Positions 47,315-58,367 of a stretch of 64,000 nt of DNA are shown here, in pieces; position 1 is the first letter of the stretch; the number at the start of each line of letters is the position of its first letter. Position numbers and translations under genes: made by a program. The DNA is from an uncultured Spirochaetota bacterium. GTDB lineage: Bacteria; Spirochaetota; Spirochaetia; SZUA-6; Fen-1364. Below the pieces are notes generated by a model, which worked only from the letters and a program-made list of their open reading frames with translations, made no database searches and was not told where the DNA came from. The stretch spans positions 2,592,001 to 2,656,000 of the forward strand of contig CAWGAA010000001.1 of the NCBI GenBank assembly GCA_963820525.1, written 5' to 3'.

Positions 47315-48700
47315 TCACCTCATCGCCCGCAGGAGGATAGTGGTAGGTTTCTGTAAAAGCTTCAGGGCCGCGGGGGCAATACCGCCCAGGCGGCGCTTGA
47401 TCTCGAACTCCACCTGTCCCTTGAGGATTGCGAAGCGCATCTTGGCCTGGGAAAAATCCGCGTCGAACACGAGGGTATGATCGAAAAGGAGTCCGAAGGA
47501 CTGCCGCCAATCCCTGATCGCCCTGTTCTTGACCCTCTCGAAGAGGCGGGTGCCCGGGATTGGGTAAGGCATGGTGAAGGAAAGGTAATCGAGGGGAAGG
47601 GAGCCGGCGAATTGAAGCGTCGCAAGAACTGTCTCGTCGGTTTCTCCGGGGTAGAAGAGGATGAAGAAGGCCCCCGTCTTCAGGCCTGCGGCATGCGCCG
47701 CTTCCACTGCCAAGCGTGCCTTCTCCGTGGTTATCCTCTTGTTCATCAGCCGCAGCACCTCTTCGCTTCCCGACTCGATCCCGAAGAAGATCCTCTCGCA
47801 CCCGGCCCGCTTCATGAGGGAGGCAAGCTCTCCGTCTATGCTGTCAACCCGGCCGAGGCACTCCCAGCCGAAATGCAGCCTCCTCCTCACGATTTCCCGG
47901 CAGATCCGGTGTACCCTTTCCCGGTTCAGCGTGAAAACGTCGTCGGCAAAGTGGATCCGATCGTATCCGAAGGAGAGCGCCTGCTCAACCTCGTCAACGA
48001 CGCTTTCTGCGGAGCGTTCCCTGTACGATGTGCCGAACACGACATTGCTGCAAAACTCGCATTGGAAAGGGCAGCCGCGGGTGCTCATCAGCGACGTAAT
48101 GGCATACCCGTGCTTCATCCTTCCGTGGCGGATGTAATCCTGGTTTGGCAGGAGGTCGCGCGCCGGGAAAGGGATGCGGTTGAGGTCGGGTTCCAAGGGA
48201 CGCTCTGGGGAGCGGACGATGCCCCTTACCGGAGTGCCGCGGGAGGCGATGGAGATGTCTCCCGTTTCCCTCGTGACGATTCCCGCCTCTGAGAGCGGGC
48301 TTGTGCCCTTGAGGTAAGCCTCCACCAACTCCACCATGGCGGCTTCGCCTTCTCCACGGACAACGACATCGAAGTACTGGAGGAAGGCCGCGGGATCAGA
48401 GGAGGGAAGCGGCCCCCCCGCAACCAGAAGCCCGGCACTGTTTCGCAGCCGTTTTGCGAAGACGAGGGAGTCTTCCCGCATCGTTATCATGCTGTAGACG
48501 CCCACCACGTCGGCATGGGTACTCAGGGCGCCTGCCATTGCCTCTTCACGGGAAAGGAAGGTGCAATCCAGGATACTCACCTGGTGGCCCTTAGCCCTGA
48601 GGCCGGATGCGACATATGCCAGGCCAAGCGGAGGAAAGCGGAAGACGGACTTGTCATGGCGCGGCATGAAGAAGGGGTAGATCAGGAGGACATCTGTCAT
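47315..48700 (-). CDS. B12-binding radical SAM protein (class B methyltransferase-like)
   Basis: PPLGLAYVA, GGP, VVRGEGE, TRGCPFQCEFC, GIESGS, PGET. Confidence 0.9.
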   Translation of the reverse strand: MTDVLLIYPFFMPRHDKSVFRFPPLGLAYVASGLRAKGHQVSILDCTFLSREEAMAGALSTHADVVGVYSMITMREDSLVFAKRLRNSAGLLVAGGPLPSSDPAAFLQYFDVVVRGEGEAAMVELVEAYLKGTSPLSEAGIVTRETGDISIASRGTPVRGIVRSPERPLEPDLNRIPFPARDLLPNQDYIRHGRMKHGYAITSLMSTRGCPFQCEFCSNVVFGTSYRERSAESVVDEVEQALSFGYDRIHFADDVFTLNRERVHRICREIVRRRLHFGWECLGRVDSIDGELASLMKRAGCERIFFGIESGSEEVLRLMNKRITTEKARLAVEAAHAAGLKTGAFFILFYPGETDETVLATLQFAGSLPLDYLSFTMPYPIPGTRLFERVKNRAIRDWRQSFGLLFDHTLVFDADFSQAKMRFAILKGQVEFEIKRRLGGIAPAALKLLQKPTTILLRAMR

Positions 48701-49545
48701 GGCCAGTCTCCTATGCTGATGCGGTAGGTGAAACTCTTCGCGCCTGGAGGGAGGACGAATGCGAAGCCGGCCCACGCCAGGCGGCCTTCCTCTCGCTCCC
48801 TTCCCCTGAATAGCGTTGCACCCGAGACGCTCTGAACGCCGAAGCCGATGCCGCGCGACGGGTCGATGAATGAGGCTTGGGAGGCGAGCACGCGGTCCCA
48901 TGTCCCGATTGCCTTCCCTTCCAGGCGACGGCCGTTTGAGTCGCGATATCTGCAGAAATGGTCCGCCCCCTGCTCGTTCATGACGATGATTTCGCTGAGG
49001 CCTCCAACCTCAAGCCCCGACGTATCAACAGCCACGGATATCTCGCCCTGTGATTCCCGGCAGAAGTCGACTCGAACTTTCCCGGCCGGCTGCGATGGCA
49101 CAAAGACGGTCTGGATACCAAGCACCGCGCGGCCGACATTGGAAAGGGCGGTCACCATCTCCCGGGCCAGGGGAACCCGTCTGTGCACGGCGGCAGCGAT
49201 CTCCTTCAGTCCATTGAAGAAACCCGTCATCGGAGACCTGCTTCCTGAATGCTTGAGGCGCTCGACAAGGTCCATCTCGTATTCCACGCTGATTCGCGAC
49301 CGGGCCTCATCGCGGGAAAGAATGCGCATGCTCCCGGCGAAGATGGGATCGAGCTTCTTCTTCAGAACAGGCACCCCGAATCCGACCCCTTCCTGGCAGA
49401 GGTCTTCCCCGGCGCAGGCGAGAATCAATCCCTTCTGCAGCCGGCTGCTGGGGAAACCCTTCTCGTTTCCCTGTGCCGGCGCCAGCCGGAGAGAGAGCTT
49501 GCTTCCCAGCTCGATTCGGCAACAAGTTTCAGCGTCGACAATCAT
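48697..49545 (-). CDS. Hypothetical protein
   Basis: Overlaps both neighbours by 4 nt; non-random sequence (EGVGFGVPV, MNEQGA, GRE...RLAWAG). Confidence 0.7.
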   Translation of the reverse strand: MIVDAETCCRIELGSKLSLRLAPAQGNEKGFPSSRLQKGLILACAGEDLCQEGVGFGVPVLKKKLDPIFAGSMRILSRDEARSRISVEYEMDLVERLKHSGSRSPMTGFFNGLKEIAAAVHRRVPLAREMVTALSNVGRAVLGIQTVFVPSQPAGKVRVDFCRESQGEISVAVDTSGLEVGGLSEIIVMNEQGADHFCRYRDSNGRRLEGKAIGTWDRVLASQASFIDPSRGIGFGVQSVSGATLFRGREREEGRLAWAGFAFVLPPGAKSFTYRISIGDWP

Positions 49546-51638
49546 GGGGCACACTCTTTTCTCAGGGAGAGGAGGAGGCGCGCATAGCGAAGCGATTCCT
49601 GAGCCTGCATCTTGCTTTTTCCCCTGTTTCTCGAGCGAAAGGTGTAGGGAACCTCGCACAGCCGCGAGCGGGGGCAGCGGATAATGATCTGGGGCAAAAC
49701 CTTGAATCCCAGGGGCTCCAGGGCCAATTCCTTGAGAACGCAGGCGCGCGCCATGAAAAACCCGGACACGGGATCTCTCACACCGCGCGTCGGCGGAAGG
49801 AGGAAGTGCGTGAGCGCAATCGCGCTCCATGAAGCGAGCCTTCGCAGAAGCCCGCGGTCCGCCCTGCGGCCGCCGGCCGCGTAGCGCGACATGACCGCCA
49901 CATCGGCGCCTTCATCCAACCGGTGCAAAAGATCGGGAAGGGATTCGGGCGGGTGCTGGAGGTCCGCGTCCATGACGGCCACGAACTCGCCCCGGGCCGC
50001 CTCCATTCCGTCCCTGATCGCGCTTGCGAGCCCTTTTCTCCGGCCCCGGCGAAGGATCCGGATGTTTGGGTACAGCGTTGCGGCCTGCTCTGCAAGGCGG
50101 CCGGTCCCATCGGGGCTGTCGTCGTCGACGATGATGAGCTCGAATGTACAGCCGGGAAGCCCACCCAGGGCGAGCTCGATCCTTGAAATCACCTCCTCCA
50201 GGTTCTTGGACTCGTTGTACGTCGGAAGAATGAGGCTCAGGCGCGGATCTCTGTGCGGTCCCGCCGGCTGGGAATGAGACGCGTCCTCTTCGGCCGCTCC
50301 TTTTTCCTTGGCCGTGGCCCGTTCACCCCGCAGCACTATGCGCCAACCCACCAGGATCCAGGGGAGAACCACGGCGCATCTGGCGATGATCCGCGCTGTC
50401 CGTGTCCTCGAATCGAGGATCCTCACGAGGTCCATGGGTTTCTCCCAGATCAGGGGAAAAAGCTGTGCAAGGGATGTGTTGAGAAGCGCAAAGGCGAGGG
50501 GCAGGGCCCAGAGGGCGAGGAGGTGCCTCTTGCTCAGCCTTCCGGAGGCCGTGAGAATGACCGCCATCGGCAGAAGGAGGTTGACGTTCGGCTCCGACAA
50601 CCAGCTGCGGGTGATGAAGAAAAGGAGGATCAGCCGGAGCCCCTTGTCGAGCAGCTCTTCGAATCCCGCGCTCATCGGTTTCAGGAACAAAGCGCCTACC
50701 ATGACGGCGGGCAGCCAGAGAAGGCCGAGGAAAGCGAGAGAGGCGGGGAGGGTGTAGCTGTTGCCGATAAGCTCGAAAAACGAAAGCCAGGAAAGCCCGC
50801 CGGCGGCGATGAAATGGGTGTTCCAATTCCTGAGGATTATCCACGGGTCCCAGCGGAAGATGAAGAAAGGTGCCGCAGAGAAGAGCAGCAGCCCCAGGGC
50901 AAGAGCGGCCGTATATGATGCGGCTCGAGCGAAAGGCGTACGGCCCGTCGGGAACGCGGCCCAGGCGCGCCCCGGGGCAACGGCAGCGGGGACAAAGCGC
51001 GCCGCCATCACGGCAAGGGGGATCAGAGGGAGCGCGATGGGCTTGAGCGATACGGCGAGCGAGAGGCTGATCGCGGAAAGCCCGGGCATCCCGCGGGAGA
51101 GGAGGAGGAGGGAGAGAAGCGCCAGGAGGGCGACGACTGTGTCGAATTGGCCCCATGCCGCGGTGGTGATCAGGATCAGGGGATTGAAGAGCATGAAGAG
51201 CATGGCTGACTTTGAATCTGCTTCGGTCGCACCGGCGCGCCGTGAGAGAACCCTGACCAGCCATGCGAGGGCGATGGAGGCGGCGACGGCGGGGAGCTTG
51301 ATGGCAAGGTTGTAGAGAAAAAGATTGGCAGTGCGCGCAAAGGTGAGCCGGTAGAGGATGCCGAGTACGATTGCCCAGGGCGGGGGATACCCGATGCTGG
51401 TCAATCCGTGGAACAAGGGGCTGGCGAAGACTCCCGTCAAATCCCGGGGGAGATACGGGTTGGCGCCCGATCCGGCGAGGTAGCCCGTCGCCATGAAGAT
51501 AGGAGCGTCGTAGGCATGAGCGAGAAACAGCGCAAGCGGGATCTGTATCGCGATGCTCGCCAGGAGAGGCCACCCTTGCCGAGCGGAGAGGGGATGTCTT
51601 TCAATGGTCTCGCCGGCCGTCAAAGCTTCGATATGCAT
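49542..51638 (-). CDS. Fusion: multi-TM GT-C (GT87/PIG-M-like) + GT2 polyprenol-phosphate glycosyltransferase (DPM1-like)
   Basis: N-terminal HAYD, YPPPW, FNP, WGQFD, K-P; C-terminal PTYNE, VDDDSPDGT, MDADLQHPP, SRY, DPVSGFF, R..GKSK. Confidence 0.82.
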   Translation of the reverse strand: MHIEALTAGETIERHPLSARQGWPLLASIAIQIPLALFLAHAYDAPIFMATGYLAGSGANPYLPRDLTGVFASPLFHGLTSIGYPPPWAIVLGILYRLTFARTANLFLYNLAIKLPAVAASIALAWLVRVLSRRAGATEADSKSAMLFMLFNPLILITTAAWGQFDTVVALLALLSLLLLSRGMPGLSAISLSLAVSLKPIALPLIPLAVMAARFVPAAVAPGRAWAAFPTGRTPFARAASYTAALALGLLLFSAAPFFIFRWDPWIILRNWNTHFIAAGGLSWLSFFELIGNSYTLPASLAFLGLLWLPAVMVGALFLKPMSAGFEELLDKGLRLILLFFITRSWLSEPNVNLLLPMAVILTASGRLSKRHLLALWALPLAFALLNTSLAQLFPLIWEKPMDLVRILDSRTRTARIIARCAVVLPWILVGWRIVLRGERATAKEKGAAEEDASHSQPAGPHRDPRLSLILPTYNESKNLEEVISRIELALGGLPGCTFELIIVDDDSPDGTGRLAEQAATLYPNIRILRRGRRKGLASAIRDGMEAARGEFVAVMDADLQHPPESLPDLLHRLDEGADVAVMSRYAAGGRRADRGLLRRLASWSAIALTHFLLPPTRGVRDPVSGFFMARACVLKELALEPLGFKVLPQIIIRCPRSRLCEVPYTFRSRNRGKSKMQAQESLRYARLLLSLRKECAP

Positions 51639-53178
51639 GGGTCGAGGGCCTCTTTTTTCCCGCTTTGAAGGAACGTGAGAAGCGCCACGAAGCCGTACCC
51701 GAAGGTGTAGGGCGCTATGAGGAGCAGTGGCCAATAGATCGAGCGGCCGGCGCCGATTGCAGTCGCCGCGATTCCAAGACCCGCCATTGCGGCTTCCAGA
51801 ATTCCGCCCGCATCCAGGGGAACCTGATAGCGCCTGGCCCTCCAGTCCGCGCCCGGGCCGCGGATGTTGTACTTGGGAGTTCGCTTGAACTTGAAGACCC
51901 GATTGGTGAAGAGCGCCTTTGCCGCTTCGATCGTGTTGCTCAGGCTGACCCCGAAACCGATCACGGCGAGGAGGAGGATGGCGGGAATCTCCCGTCTGAT
52001 CTTCCGGCCTCGGGCATGAACGGCCACGAGCGGATAGATCCAAAAGGAGACCGTGCATACGGCGACGGCAAGCCACAACAGCGGAAGCAGAGGGACGGAG
52101 AGCGCTGCTTCGCCGAGCCCGCGCCCCGCGGGGATGGTCGGGAAGAAGGAAACCAGCCCATCGATCCGCAGGAGCACCGAGAGAGTCGAGAGGATGAAGG
52201 AGGTGAGCATCAGGGGATGGATCATGTAGTAGGTGAGGTGGATGAATGCCTGGATCCTCTTCCTCACGCCGAGGGTCGAGTCCGCCAAAAGGCGGGGGAG
52301 TATCTTCTTCGCCGTGCGAAGCGATCCGCACGCCCAGCGCGCCTGCTGCTTCTTGTAGCTGGGCACCGTGAGAGGCACCTCCCCCGGACAGCGGAGGGTC
52401 ACTTCAGGTAGATGACTCGGTAGCCCTCGAGCTGCATCCGGTAGCTGGCGTCCAGGTCTTCAGCCAGGGTGTCGGACTGCCATCCACCAGCTTTTTCGAG
52501 CGCCTCCCTGCGGATGAGGCCGCCGCTGCCGTTGAAGTTCAAAAAGCAGCCCGCGGCGTAGCGGGCGGGCTGCTCGATGAAGAAGTGCATGTCGATGCCG
52601 ATAGAGATGGCCCGGGTGAGGTAATTGAAGTCCCCGTTGATATGGTCCCACCTCGACTGAACGACCCCGAGACGGCCGTCCTTCTGGAAGAAGGGGACCG
52701 TCCGCTTGAGAAAGTCCGCGGGGGGGATGAAGTCGGCGTCGAAAACAGCGAACAGCTCCTCGTCCGATCTCTCCAGGGCAAGCTGGAGCGCTCCCGCCTT
52801 GAAGCCGGCGCGCGATTGCCGATGGATCACCTCGACGGCGATGCCCCGCGCCCTCTGCTCGTCAGCCGCCGCGCACAGCTCCGCCGTGGTGTCGTCATCC
52901 GAGTCGTCTATGGCCAGAATCCTCACCTTCTCCCGGCCGTATTCCTCGGCAATCTTTGCGCATGCTTCCACCAGACGCCGCACGACATACTTCTCATTGT
53001 AAATGGGCAGGTGTATGGCCACCCGTGGGGCGTATCCGCCCGCCGTTCCATCCCCGGAGCCCTGCGGGCTCCTGTAGCGGCGCAGCGCGGACAGCAGATA
53101 ATAGGAGTTGTATCCGTAGAGAAAGAAAAGGAGGGTGACCATGAGCGAGAGCAGGACGAAAAGCAACTTTATCGACAT
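51620..53178 (-). pseudogene. Cellulose-synthase-like GT2 glycosyltransferase split by a frame change at ~52400
   Basis: 52399-53178 has PIYNE, DDSDD, KAGAL, DADF, LAEDLD; 51620-52402 has QQARW and TM helices. Confidence 0.8.
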
Positions 53179-53564
53179 GCTGACGTTTCCTCACTCCCAC
53201 GTTTAGCAATACGAAAGCCGGGGACAGAGTACACCAGGAAATTACTAAGAGAGAGAAGGGGGCGGCAAGGGATGCTGAGATTTTGATGGTCTTTCAACGT
53301 GGATTGAGCGATCCGGCACCGAGAGAACCCTCCTCTTCCCGTTGATGTTTTTCTTTTCGAGGATTAAAATCGAAAGGCTTCCAGGAGAATGAAATGAAAA
53401 AAAACGTGCATTTATTATTTTTCGTCCTTCTAGTTTCCCTCACAGCCTGCGCTCCCCCCGGATCTCCTCCGGCACCTCCCCCGACCATCGTCGCCCTCGG
53501 AGACAGCATCACCATGGGTATTCAGGATGCGGGCCTCATGCGAGATTTCCAGTTGAACGACTAC

Positions 53565-55306
53565 CCCGCATTTCTCACAAATGGATATGAAAAAGCCTTT
53601 CGCTCTGGTATAATTGCTTTGCAACAAACAAAATAAACCAGAACAGAAAGGCTATACGATGCAAACAGACTGTACACCATCCCTGTTTAGCTTTCAAGAC
53701 CTTGGCAAGAAAAAGGTAGTCGGAAACTTCGACGGAGGCGCGATCAGTTCCGATGCCGGCGCTCTCATTCTTCGAGAGGTTGAACGCGCCACAGGCATCA
53801 TCAAAGCATTCGCGGGCTGTTTCACAGACTATCGAGAGAAAGGCTATATCGAGCATTCCATCGAGCAATTGATAAGCCAAAGGGTATTCGGCATTTGCCT
53901 GGGATACGAAGACCTCAACGATCACGACCAGCTGCGCAAAGATCCCGTTCTGGCTGCCGTTTGCGGGAAACTCGATGTCAACGGGGAAACGAGGAGGCAG
54001 AAACGGGACAGAGGCAAAGCCCTTGCCGGAAAAAGCACGCTGAATCGGCTTGAGACCGCCGGCGGGGCAAGCCTCTCTACGCATCGATACAAGAAAATCA
54101 CGGTGAACGAAACAATGGTTGGGATGTTCCTGGTGAACACATTCCTGGCCAGTTATGAGCAAGCTCCTGAAGAAATCGTGTTGGATCTGGATGCAACCGA
54201 CGACCCTCTGCACGGCAATCAAGAGGGCAGGTTCTTTCATGGCTATTATGATTGTTATTGCTACCTGCCGTTGTACATCTTCTGCGGGGATCATCTTTTA
54301 TGTGCGAAGCTACGTCCCTCCAATATAGACGCATGTTCGGGTGCCGAGAAGGAGTTGGCGAGGATCGTTGCGCAGATCCGTGAGCGATGGCCGCAGGTAC
54401 GTATTGTTGTGCGGGCCGACAGCGGGTTCTGCCGGGAAGCGATCATGGTGTGGTGCGAGTCCAACGACGTGGATTTCCTGTTCGGAATCGCGAAAAACGC
54501 ACGCCTCTTACGCAAGATCCGCAAGGAGCTTTCAGAAGCCCGTAGGCAGTATCTGTCCACTGGTGAGCCGTCGCGAAAGTACGCGGAGCTGATCTATCGG
54601 ACGAAAAAGACATGGTCGAAAAGCAGACGTGTTGTCGCCAAGGCGGAGTATCTGCGCAAGGGAGAGAACCCTCGGTTTGTGGTGACTTCACTTATGCAGG
54701 ACCGCTTCCCTGGCCAGCAGCTGTACGAGCAGCTCTATTGTGCTCGCGGAGACATGGAGAATCGTATCAAAGAACAGCAGCTTTACCTTTTTGCAGATCG
54801 AACCAGTTCCGCCACGATGAGGGCGAATCAGCTTCGGTTGTGGTTCTCCTCTGCGGCCTACGTAATCATGAGTGCCCTCAGAAGGACCGCTTTGAAGGGG
54901 ACAGAGCTGGCCTCGGCACAGTGCGACACGATTCGTTTGAAGCTATTGAAGATTGGCGCACAGGTGCGCGTCAGTGTGCGCCGGATCTATGTGAGCTTCG
55001 CAAGCGGTTATCCATATCAAGAGCTTTTCCGTCAGGTGATTCTGAGTATTCACGAACTCTCCCTTCAATCGGGTTAGCGTGTATTGAGCCTTGTCTTGAG
55101 TAGTTTATTGGGAGAAGACTGTCCTGAAGTCGCCGAATCTTCCCTTATGAGCTGTAAAGTGCGCTCAATCGGGCGATTGGACTGACTCGGGTCACGAAAT
55201 CGATCTACGTGTAGGGGCTGACAGCAAGGAATAGACCGTTTTTCAAAGTTGAGCCCCGCCTCATGATGATCAGACTGCGCAGAGTGCCGTTTGTGAGAAA
55301 TGCGGG
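53565..55306 (+). mobile_element. IS1380-family insertion sequence (1742 bp)
   Basis: IRL CCCGCATTTCTCACAAATGG and IRR CCGTTTGTGAGAAATGCGGG (19/20 match); 4-bp target duplication CTAC. Confidence 0.95.
53659..55077 (+). CDS. IS1380 DDE transposase
   Basis: FDGGAISSDAG, GYEDLNDHD, LDLDATDD, HGYY, RADSGF, RGDMENRIKE. Confidence 0.95.
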   Translation: MQTDCTPSLFSFQDLGKKKVVGNFDGGAISSDAGALILREVERATGIIKAFAGCFTDYREKGYIEHSIEQLISQRVFGICLGYEDLNDHDQLRKDPVLAAVCGKLDVNGETRRQKRDRGKALAGKSTLNRLETAGGASLSTHRYKKITVNETMVGMFLVNTFLASYEQAPEEIVLDLDATDDPLHGNQEGRFFHGYYDCYCYLPLYIFCGDHLLCAKLRPSNIDACSGAEKELARIVAQIRERWPQVRIVVRADSGFCREAIMVWCESNDVDFLFGIAKNARLLRKIRKELSEARRQYLSTGEPSRKYAELIYRTKKTWSKSRRVVAKAEYLRKGENPRFVVTSLMQDRFPGQQLYEQLYCARGDMENRIKEQQLYLFADRTSSATMRANQLRLWFSSAAYVIMSALRRTALKGTELASAQCDTIRLKLLKIGAQVRVSVRRIYVSFASGYPYQELFRQVILSIHELSLQSG

Positions 55307-56553
55307 CTACCCCTACCTGATTGCAAATCAGATGGGATTCGCGATCGATTTCAAACAGCCTTATGTGACATCTCCCGGTATCGGCGTCTTTCCCTATGAA
55401 GAACCCCTCAAACTGGAGAATGGCCAGATCATCGCCAAGTACTGGCCGGACGGCACTACCCTGAAGGACATGCAGACGCAAATCATCTCCCGGTTGGAAA
55501 ACCTCATGCTGTTCCAGCCCTATAACAACCTGGGCGTCAATGGGGCGATTCTATCCGATCTGCGCAATACCACATCCTCCCTCAATCCCAATACGGGGAA
55601 CTACTTTTTCGACATTGTTCTTCGAAACACCACGCCCCTTCTGTATCCCAACTTCGGGGGAAAAACCGCTGTACAGGAAGCGGCTCTTTTGAAGCCGGAC
55701 ATCATCCTGTTGTGGATCGGAAACAACGATATCCTGGGCGCGGTACTGAATGGCTCGGATCAGCCGCACACCGATAGTGCCGCTTTCGAGGCGGAATATC
55801 GGAAGCTCCTGAGTGATCTCAAAGAATCGACGACCGCCCATATCGTAATGGCGAATATTCCGAAGTATCTCCCGTTCGGCTTTGGTCTCGATGACATCTA
55901 CGTTAATAATGCGCTCACTGTTTTCGATCCAGAGACTTTCATACCCATCGACTTCGGTTCATCAACCTATGTCCCCCTCCTCCTCGCCGAAACAGGCGCC
56001 CGGCACCTGCTCTTGACGGGAGCAATCGAGTATCTGGAACATGGGACGGGGATTCCGATCATGGACGCCACAAAAGATGGGATCATACAATCCCACGGAC
56101 TTACGGCCAGCGGCGTGAAGCTCGATGGCAAATACACCATCACATTGGCCGAAGAGCAGGCGATCTTTGCGGTAATCGACCAATATAACGAGATTCTTGA
56201 AAATCTGAGCGCCGAATACGACGTGCCCCTGGTCGACATAGTAGCGAGCTGGTGGGGAAAGGATGCAAACTTCGGCGGGTATTCGGGCAAATATGCCATT
56301 CAAGATCAGGAAAACACGACCTTCAGCCTCGACGGCGTCCATCCCAACAATCTTGGCCATGCCCTGAGCGCCAATGCTTTCATCAAAGTGCTGAACGAAA
56401 ACTACCAGTTGAGCATTCCGCAGCTCGACCCGGAAAACTACAAGGGCCAGTACACAGGGAAGAGCATTAATAAGAGATCGCTCCAATCGATCAAACGGGT
56501 GATGGAGATCCTGGCGCCGAGGAGGAACTGAAGCCCGTGGCGGCGCGGGATGC

Positions 56554-57480
56554 CTAAACTTCGATGGTCTTTCTTTCTTCCGCGATGGAGACCTGAAGGC
56601 GAGTTTTTCCCTTGATTGAGGAGCGGTACTTTTCGAGGAGCTCTTCCAGCTGGGAATCGCTGCGCTCCGGGTCGTGGTGGAACAGCACGAGGTGCTTCAC
56701 TCCCGCCTTGTGAGCGGCGTTGATTGCCCACTCGAAGGTGCTGTGCCCCCAGCCGATCTTGCCCTTGAGGTATTCGGTATGGGTGTATTGGGTGTCGTGC
56801 ACAAGCAGATCGGCGCCCTGGAAGAAGCGCAGCACTTTCTCGTTCTCTTCCTGCGCGGCGATCTCCCCCTCGCGTGCCGCATCCGCGTCGTAGCCGGAAG
56901 CCTTGGGGTCCGTTTCGAAGACGTTTCGAAACGGCTCGTGGTCGTAGATTGTGCAGAAAACCCTGCCCTGGTACTCAAAGCGGTAGCCGAGCACGAGGAT
57001 GGGGTGGTTTAAATACTTGGTCTTCATGCACAGCCCGCCCCCGAGATCCTTGACGCTTTCCTTGAGGTGGAAGTAATCGATCTTTGCGCGAAGCTCCTCA
57101 ATGCGCACGGGGAAATAGCGATAGCGGAGCTGGTCTCCGACGATCTTGTCCAGCGTGTCCTCTTCATAGGTCACCGGCCCATAGACTTCGAGCTCGGTGC
57201 CGGGGATGAAGATGGGAGTGAAGAAGGGGAACCCCATGATGTGATCCCAGTGGGTGTGAGTGAGGAACAGCTTGGTCTTGATGGGGCCCCGGGGCATGTC
57301 CCTTTTCACGATGGAGCCGGCAAGCTCGCGGATCCCGGAGCCGGCGTCGATGATAATGAGCCGGTCATCCGGGTCGAAGCGCAGCTCGAGGCATGCGGTG
57401 TTTCCGCCGTACTTCACCGTTGAAGGTCCGGGGCAGGGGATGGAGCCGCGCACGCCCCAGAAAGTCACCCGCATCGCCAT
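56554..57480 (-). CDS. MBL-fold metallo-hydrolase
   Basis: WGVRGSIP, GGNTAC, THTHWDH, GWGHS, LFHHDP. Confidence 0.9.
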   Translation of the reverse strand: MAMRVTFWGVRGSIPCPGPSTVKYGGNTACLELRFDPDDRLIIIDAGSGIRELAGSIVKRDMPRGPIKTKLFLTHTHWDHIMGFPFFTPIFIPGTELEVYGPVTYEEDTLDKIVGDQLRYRYFPVRIEELRAKIDYFHLKESVKDLGGGLCMKTKYLNHPILVLGYRFEYQGRVFCTIYDHEPFRNVFETDPKASGYDADAAREGEIAAQEENEKVLRFFQGADLLVHDTQYTHTEYLKGKIGWGHSTFEWAINAAHKAGVKHLVLFHHDPERSDSQLEELLEKYRSSIKGKTRLQVSIAEERKTIEV

Positions 57481-57488
57481 GCCGCTAC

Positions 57489-58361
57489 CTACGCCGATAC
57501 CATGAGGAAGATCTTGGCTTTCTCGATCTCCTTGTTCACCGTCTCCTCGAGCGCTTCGAGGTCCTCCCAGCTGATCCCCAGCTCTTCGAAGACCTGCGGG
57601 GGGAGCTTCTCCGGATAGCGGTCTCCCGAGAAGCCGATCTGGTTGGTGTTGGCGAAGAAGTTCGCCGCGCTCACGGTGAGCAGCATGTCACGGTTGGGGC
57701 CCGAGTACTCTCCGAGGGTGTGGTGGAAGAACACGACGTCCTCCATGATGGGACCGAGGTTCCAGCTCTTGATGATGAGCCTCCCCACGTCGCAGTGGTT
57801 CACTCCCGTGGTGCGCTCCTCCACCCGGAAGAGGGGCACGTGCTCCTTGTCCGTGATGGAGAGGGCTTCCACGTACTCGGTGGAAAGCTTGTTGTTCAAG
57901 GGGATCTTGCCCACGTCATGCAGGAGGCCGGCCACGAAGTACTCTTCCAGCTGCTTCGTATCCTTCCTCCGCTTTGCCGCGAGGAGCTTCGCGGTCACCC
58001 CCACGCAGAGGGAATGCCGCCAGAAGCCGTCGATGTTCAAGGCCTGGAAGTTCTTCTTCGCGCTCAGGTTGCCCAGGACCGCGGTGGATAAAGCGAGATT
58101 CTTCACCGTGTTGATCCCCAGCATGATGATGGCGCGCACCAGGGAGGTGATCTGGTTGGGCAGGCTGTAGTACGCGGAGTTGATGAGCTTCATGACGCGG
58201 CCCATGAGGACCGGGTCGAGGCTTATCACCTGGTTGAGATCCGCGGGAGAGGTCTTCGGATCGTTACAGATCTGGAGGATCTTGGAAACCGTGATGGGAA
58301 GGCTGGGCATGCGGGTGATGTAGGTCTGGATGATGGCAAGGAGGCGCTCTTTTTCCTGCAT
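57489..58361 (-). CDS. HDOD domain protein
   Basis: MPSLP, DPVL..RVMKLINSAYY, FWRHS, AGLLHDVGK, HH. Confidence 0.92.
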   Translation of the reverse strand: MQEKERLLAIIQTYITRMPSLPITVSKILQICNDPKTSPADLNQVISLDPVLMGRVMKLINSAYYSLPNQITSLVRAIIMLGINTVKNLALSTAVLGNLSAKKNFQALNIDGFWRHSLCVGVTAKLLAAKRRKDTKQLEEYFVAGLLHDVGKIPLNNKLSTEYVEALSITDKEHVPLFRVEERTTGVNHCDVGRLIIKSWNLGPIMEDVVFFHHTLGEYSGPNRDMLLTVSAANFFANTNQIGFSGDRYPEKLPPQVFEELGISWEDLEALEETVNKEIEKAKIFLMVSA

Positions 58362-58367
58362 AGGGCT

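Larger units (their letters stand above)
53394..56531 (+). pseudogene. SGNH/GDSL hydrolase lipoprotein interrupted by IS1380
   Basis: Lipobox LTAC, GDS, NNLGVNG, WIGNND, DGVHP; removing 53565-55310 gives in-frame ...NDY|PYLIANQ (463 aa). Confidence 0.9.

Noticed and set aside
51639..52331. N-terminal ~230-aa extension of the 929-aa ORF
   Set aside because: Overlaps the GT2 C-terminal ORF in another frame and is Arg/Pro-rich noise; real start taken as ATG 51638
47103..56531. Genomic island integrated at tRNA-Ala
   Set aside because: The cluster lies on the 5' side of the tRNA; no integrase or duplicated tRNA 3' end was seen
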